From: the human T2T-CHM13v2.0 reference genome, Homo sapiens
DNA: 64,000 nucleotides
Strand: one strand, 5' to 3'
NCBI RefSeq assembly: GCF_009914755.1
Contig: NC_060945.1
Part shown: piece by piece, positions 57,175 through 64,000 of the stretch
Numbering within the stretch: position 1 is the stretch's first letter
Layout of the letters: each line of letters opens with the position of its first letter
The notes under the pieces: model-generated
Databases searched by the model: none
What the model was told of the DNA's origin: nothing
The model's input: only the letters and a program-made list of their open reading frames with translations
Translations under genes and position numbers: made by a program

Positions 57175-57996
57175 GTTTCAACTATGGTAGAAGACTCGAG
57201 TAAGGCAAATACAGTCCCCCTAAATTTGACTATTATTTAGGTTAATGGTGAGTTTAGAAGAAATAAGTTAAGACTACACAGAGTGGGCTAAAGTGCAAAT
57301 AAACACTGGAAATATTTCCCAGAAAATATGACTTTGAACAGGCTGCTGCACACCCTGCATGTAGAGATAAACTAAGAAAAAGGTGTGGAGAGTTATTTAA
57401 GGACCTATGGTTAACTCAGTCCTCAAGATGTTCCAGGTTTCATCCATGAATCAAGGAGGACCTCCAAAAAGCTGTTTGGGACCACACTCTTTGAGCAAGG
57501 AGCATACCTTACGATGGAAGCTGTGCTTTAGTGGCAGATGACCATTTCCACTGCACAAAACGCTGTGCTTTAGCGGAAGATGACCGTTTCCACTGCACAA
57601 CACTACAAGTGGTTACTGCCAGGCCGGTGTGAAATATGTTCCAGCACATAATCTATGTCACCAATGAAGGTGGTGGTTCTGACTTGGTGCACAGAAGCTT
57701 TCCTGTCCCACAAGAACACAGCATGCTCTCTTCTCGGATTCCATTCCAATCACGTAACAAATATGACTGCCTTTTTTGTCTCAGCATCAGAAAGATCAGA
57801 GGAAAATTTGCACCCAACTTAGACAACTCTAAGCTCTTATAACCTGCCTATATCTACAGGTCAGCTTTATCTTATTTATGTATATTTCCTTCAACCTGAG
57901 TTTTACTTATTTCTACTTTTCCTTTTCAATTCACAGACTCCAATAAACTCAGAAAATACAGTGTAAAACAAAGTGAAGAACAAATAAACAACTCAC

Positions 57997-58055
57997 CAGA
58001 GATTTATTCGTTTCCTATTGCTCTTGGAAACACCCAGAGGACACTGGAAACATAG
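57997..58055 (-). pseudogene. ZNF717: ZNF717-like first coding exon with a premature stop
   Basis: Minus strand: cttctatcccag|CT ATG TTT CCA GTG TCC TCT GGG TGT TTC CAA GAG CAA TAG GAA ACG AAT AAA TCT CTG|gtgagt = MFPVSSGCFQEQ*ETNKSL. The ZNF717 N-terminus as recalled is MFPVFSGCFQELQEKNKSL. Canonical AG/GT, phase 0. Confidence 0.8.
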
Positions 58056-58599
58056 CTGGGATAGAAGGCAAATGACGTGGGTTAAGGAGAGAACTGGTGT
58101 GGTGTGGTCCCAGATTCTTCTGCCCAACACTCTAGACACATTACTTGGGAAAGCCCTCCTCCCTCCTGAAAAAGAAAAACTTCCCCATGGGAGAAGAGTC
58201 CTTCATGCCTCATTAGGGGCAACAAAGACTCAAGTTAAGATAAGATACATCTACAAGTACATTAATTGGTAGACATTAGATGCACAATTTATTTTTGAAT
58301 AAAAACATGTATTACCTACTAATTTAGTAACAATATTATCTAAAGATATAATCTAATAATTTAATACAAAGAAACATAAGTTCACTAAAATAAATGTTAT
58401 AGAAATATACTAGGCTGTATTAACTATTTTCCTATTAATATGTAGATTCCACAAATAACTTCATATGAGTGTTCCCATGACAGTACATCTTGCTTTTCTA
58501 TACCTGAACATCATGGAAAGTGCATCTTACAATCCAGCAATTTTGGCCTATAATTACGTTTTTTAAAATGTACATAATATGTATTTCCTACAGTACACC

Positions 58600-59046
58600 A
58601 TTCTACTCATGTTTCCCAATAACACCTTTCCTTCTATCCAAGCCCTCATATTATGCTCTGACAATAAATTGGGCTTTTCCATCTGACTTGTCCAGTGAAT
58701 GGACAATGGAAAATGTGATGCAAATATACATTGGTTCTTCCCATTTTGGACACAGTCAAATTGTGAAGAGGTCTGGAGCTACCCTGTTGGAGACACAGGG
58801 CCTAGCCAAGAGTCACCACAAACCACCAGATTGTGAAGGAAACTATCTTAAACCAACCAGACTCAGTCAAGGCACCAGGTGACTAAGGCCTTTTTGTGAT
58901 CCAGGCAACACAAATATATCAACTACCCAGCTGAATCCACCACACCAAAATGCAGATCCACAGAAATTCAAACAAATAAAATGGTGGTTTTTTATAAGCC
59001 AGTAAGGTTTAATTAGTTCCTTAAACAGCAAGTATTAACTGTTACA
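58600..59046 (+). mobile_element. Old MLT1 LTR fragment
   Basis: CAAATAAAATGGTGGTTTTTTATAAGCCAGTAAGGTTT...AACTGTTACA type 3' end. Confidence 0.55.
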
Positions 59047-59789
59047 CCTAAGTGAACAGAATTCACTTCTGTGTTTTTAACAAAATTACGTAGGGGGAGA
59101 AAATCTTAAATTACAAATCAAATATAATCAATAGAACTTCGCAATCTAATGCTAAATTTGGTGATGGACTAGGTTTAATATATCTCAGACGCTGGAAGAA
59201 ACGAGCTAAGGTTGAAGGAATGGGACTGTGTTTGGAGAGTATTTTAATCTTCTCAAGTATGACAGGTCACTCCTGTACCCCAGACCACACTTTCAGGCCC
59301 CTTCAAATAAGGAATATTTCCTAAGTCCTTGCCTGTTCTTCTCAGCTGAATTCACCTCAACCTTCTGAAGGTTCGTCCAAACCTTCTGCTATCACCTAGT
59401 CTTTGCAAATCTTGTGCATTCTAGGGAGTAGAATTAATATTTCCTGAGCGAGGAAAACTGGGTTCTTCACCTGTGACCTTTTTTCCTCCTCTGAAGCACC
59501 AGTGAGAGGTTAGACCAGATGGCTGTTCTTTCAAGTGCACTTCTTATTCATAGGGAACTCTCCCTTTCAAACTTCGTAACACACAGTTAAGACTGAAGTA
59601 CCCTTAAGGCTGACTACCATCACCCATTACACCATCTCCCTCGCGGAATCAGTGACTTCTTCCCTGGAAACTAGGTCTCGTATAAACTTCTGTAAATGCG
59701 ACCCAGGAGGACTAGGCAGGTCACACAGTGAAGGAGGGAACCAGAAACTTCACTTGCTAAAGAGACACCAGGAAACCCAACTAATACAA

Positions 59790-60400
59790 ACGCCAAGTTT
59801 AAGACTAGAGGCGCACGCATTTCGCACTACTCCTCTGGGAATGGGGAACATCTCCTGAGAATTGTGTGTTAGCACCGGGACACATGGGCAAACTGAGCGA
59901 CATGAGGGTTGGTAACCGGGTCCCTAAGCGGCAGGACAGGAGCTTGGCCTGCAGACTCCGGGCCCAGGGCCACCGGCCTCGCCTACCCGTTCCTGCGCCT
60001 CTAGAACCCGCTTCACTGCCAGGACCACACGCCTGTCATCCCAGCCCCCGCCAGGGTCCACGGCCCGCACCTGCACTTCAGGCCCTGCCCGCCCGCGATG
60101 TGCCCACGCATCTGCTCCCACAACTAGGGAACACTGGTCCGGCCCCTCGGAATCCCCCGAGACCCACGGGTTCCTCTTCGCCCTTGCACCGACCCGCAGG
60201 GACATAGAACCAAGCCCCAAGCCGGCCCAGCTACAGGACCCTCTCTGGGTGCCGCACTTCCGGAGGAAAATGGCGGAGTGGGCCGGGCAGCGCAAGCGCA
60301 GAGAGAAAAGCTGGTTCCCAAGGTCCTTGATGGTAACATCATTGGAAGGTGACACTACATTTCCCATGAGGCTCTGCGGTCCCCCGTTAGGAACCCACGC
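59790..60400 (-). promoter_or_regulatory. CpG-island promoter and candidate non-coding exon 1 (donor CAG|GTGCGG at 60071/60070) of the ZNF717-like unit
   Basis: Most CpG-rich non-repeat segment of the window. ETS/GABPA ACTTCCGG 60256-60263; YY1 AAAATGGCGG 60267-60276; NRF1-like GCGCAAGCGCA 60290-60300; ZNF143/THAP11-type ACTACATTTCCCATGAGGC 60354-60372. Confidence 0.8.
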
Positions 60401-60596
60401 AGGACATTCTGTTTTGCCCAGCAGTTGAGTTCAGTTACCCAGAGACCCGGACTTAATGGATCAGGACTGGTCCCTACCCAGGTGACACAGATGTGGCATT
60501 CTGGTTCTTTATTAAATCCTGGTTTCACAGCCTGGGACATTGTGAAAAAAAATGGAGAAATTTCAATAGAGGCCAATTGGTCTATGCTATTAATGA

Positions 60597-60891
<295 letters not shown>

Positions 60892-61504
60892 CTCAAGTAT
60901 ATTTTTTATAGATGCATTCGAAAGCATGAAAAAAATCATGTCTCTATTTTACTTTAAAATTTTAAAAACACAACTAATGAATATGGTAATTCTCTTCCAA
61001 TCCGTTATATTTTCTCTCACTAAACTAATTTGTGAGCCTTCAATTTACACAGTTAGAAAATATGCTCTAGTGCATATACTAGGATAAAATAACAGGGTCA
61101 TAAGACAGGTGCACTCCATAATCTTTGTGACAACTTACACTTCCAGTGTCTGATAAATATTTGCCCACAAACTCCCACGTTTCATCCATCCATCAATCAA
61201 TCAAATCTGCCTATCTTTATTTATTTATTGTGAGAAAGACCTGAAATTTGCCTTTCCTTCCCTGATTTCTGCCACAAACTAGGCAAGGAGTTCTGTCTAG
61301 GGGTTTCTCAGAGCTCCAGCTACCACTGAGGTTCCTAACAGGGAAACGCAGGCTTGAATGCTCAGGGTTGATGTGGGAGTGCGTGTGAAACGGGGGTGGG
61401 GTGAAAGGGCAGTGACGTTTGTAGGTGGGCAGATGGGGGTGTGAAGGGCTTTCAGGTAGGAGGCATGCAGGAAACTGGGAGAGGCAGTGAAAGTACCTCA
61501 CGCC

Positions 61505-61855
61505 TCAGATCACCAGAAGACGCTCCCACCAGTGCCATGACAGTTTGCCAATGCCATGGCAGCATGGGAAGTCCCCACCCCTTGCCATGGAAACAGCTGG
61601 AAGTTGTTGCCCATTTCTAGCTATTTCTGAATAACCCACCCCTTAATTAGCATGCCATTAAAAGTGAATTATAAAAATGACTACAAGCCACCCCTAGGCT
61701 GCTGCTCTGGGAGCACAACCCACGGAGGGCTCTCTGCCCTGCCGAAGTGGACGCAGGGCTGTAACACCGCCAATGCCTCTGTAGAGCTGCTTTCTTCCAC
61801 CACAGGCTTGCTTTTGGATTTCTTCCTGAGCGACGCCAAGAACCTGCCCTTCCTC
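61505..61855 (+). mobile_element. MER41-family LTR, 3' portion
   Basis: CTCCCACCAGTGCCATGACAGTTTGCCAATGCCATGGCA and TTCTTCCTGAGCGACGCCAAGAACC. Confidence 0.7.
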
Positions 61856-62449
61856 AGTGTGACTCTTGCCTAAAACCTATCCCTGGTATTCTCTTTTCCT
61901 GAGCATGCCCTGACTTGTTCTTTCATCTCCTCTGATCTTGCAATTGGTCCTCAGTGACTCTATTCTGCAGATCCATAAAACTCAACCTTAATCTTCCCAG
62001 AGCCCTGTTGTCTCCAATATTGGAATCTCTAGCCTTGTTTTCTCAGACGCCTAGATTACAGGCCTCTCTCTTGAACACCTATTGGTATGGTATCTGGGGA
62101 TTCTTTAAATACACGGTGATTGGCAGGGGTTACATAGTGGAAATCAGTGCCTGACAATTCGCCTTCCAGGATATGGACTGTCATTCCCTCTCTTGGTCCC
62201 CCTCAGTCTCTTATCCATAAAAGTAGAGATTGTAATACTCATTTGAATTGCAGATACCTCAACCCGAACCCACCTAACATAATGTAAAAGCCAAGAATGC
62301 AACCCCTTTCCTCACCCCGTGAAGGTAAAGCTCTCAGAGCCAAGGAGAGAAGGCTCAGGGATGGTATCTGGGTGTTTCCAATGCTAACCATGTATTGTAG
62401 TTTTTAGTGTGCAAGTTTAAGCTTCCCCAGCTTTAATTCTATTGTAACA

Positions 62450-62690
62450 AGATTTATTTTTGTAATTCCATTTTTGGATTCTTGATTTATTGGTAAAGAA
62501 AGAAATACAGTTATTTTTGTATACCAATCTTATATAGTGTTACATTCTTAAATTTGTTCATGAGTCCTAACACTTTTTAGTAAATTTCTTATGATTTTCT
62601 AAATGCAAGATCATGTCATCTGTACATAAAGACAACTGTACTTCTTCCTTTGCAATCTAGATGCCGTTTATTTATTTACGTTGCCAAGTT
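62450..62690 (-). mobile_element. L1M fragment
   Basis: AAGATCATGTCATCTGTACATAAAGACAACTGTACTTCTTCC is the reverse complement of the FADD region. Confidence 0.7.
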
Positions 62691-62815
62691 GTCCCAGCTA
62701 CCACTGTTATCAAGTAAAAGGGTCTCACTGCCCAAAGCACAAGAAGCCGGTACCATGACACTGAGTTTTCGAGAAAAGAAAAAGTTTAAAGTCAAACCAA
62801 AACCTATGGGGTACA

Positions 62816-64000
<1,185 letters not shown>

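Overview
Primate (most likely human or great-ape) repeat-dense DNA with the hallmarks of a pericentromeric or acrocentric segmental-duplication mosaic. There is no intact protein-coding gene, RNA gene or CRISPR array. Left part (1-24.6 kb) is a patchwork: scrambled, duplicated MST/MaLR LTR-retrotransposon blocks; two copies of a GGGCCTGGTCAGT (HSAT5-like) satellite with a GC-rich segment; a ~270-bp-arm inverted repeat; a POTE-actin-type junction remnant (ACTB 3'UTR and poly(A) joined directly to an ANKRD26-family coiled-coil exon); old L1 fragments; a 5'-inverted L1; a five-unit palindromic REP522-like array; a processed SNX18 pseudogene; and a ~4-kb 48-bp CER satellite. Right part (24.6-64 kb) reads as the 5' end of a ZNF717-like KRAB-ZNF gene on the minus strand. 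It has a CpG-island promoter (~60.3 kb), a candidate non-coding exon 1 and a first coding exon (58055-57997) with a premature TAG. Its long intron carries Tigger1, ~17 of the window's 20 Alus, MLT1, a two-LTR MER57 provirus with nested MER52, a full-length L1PA3/4 and VNTRs, and it is cut off by the CER satellite before any KRAB or zinc-finger exon. Family names were recognised from memory of consensus sequences, not database searches, and boundaries are approximate unless anchored by target-site duplications (TSDs) or splice sites. I found no evidence for a wholly new biological system. The best leads are a truncated ZNF717-derived lncRNA unit with candidate new exons and the orphan POTE-actin junction.
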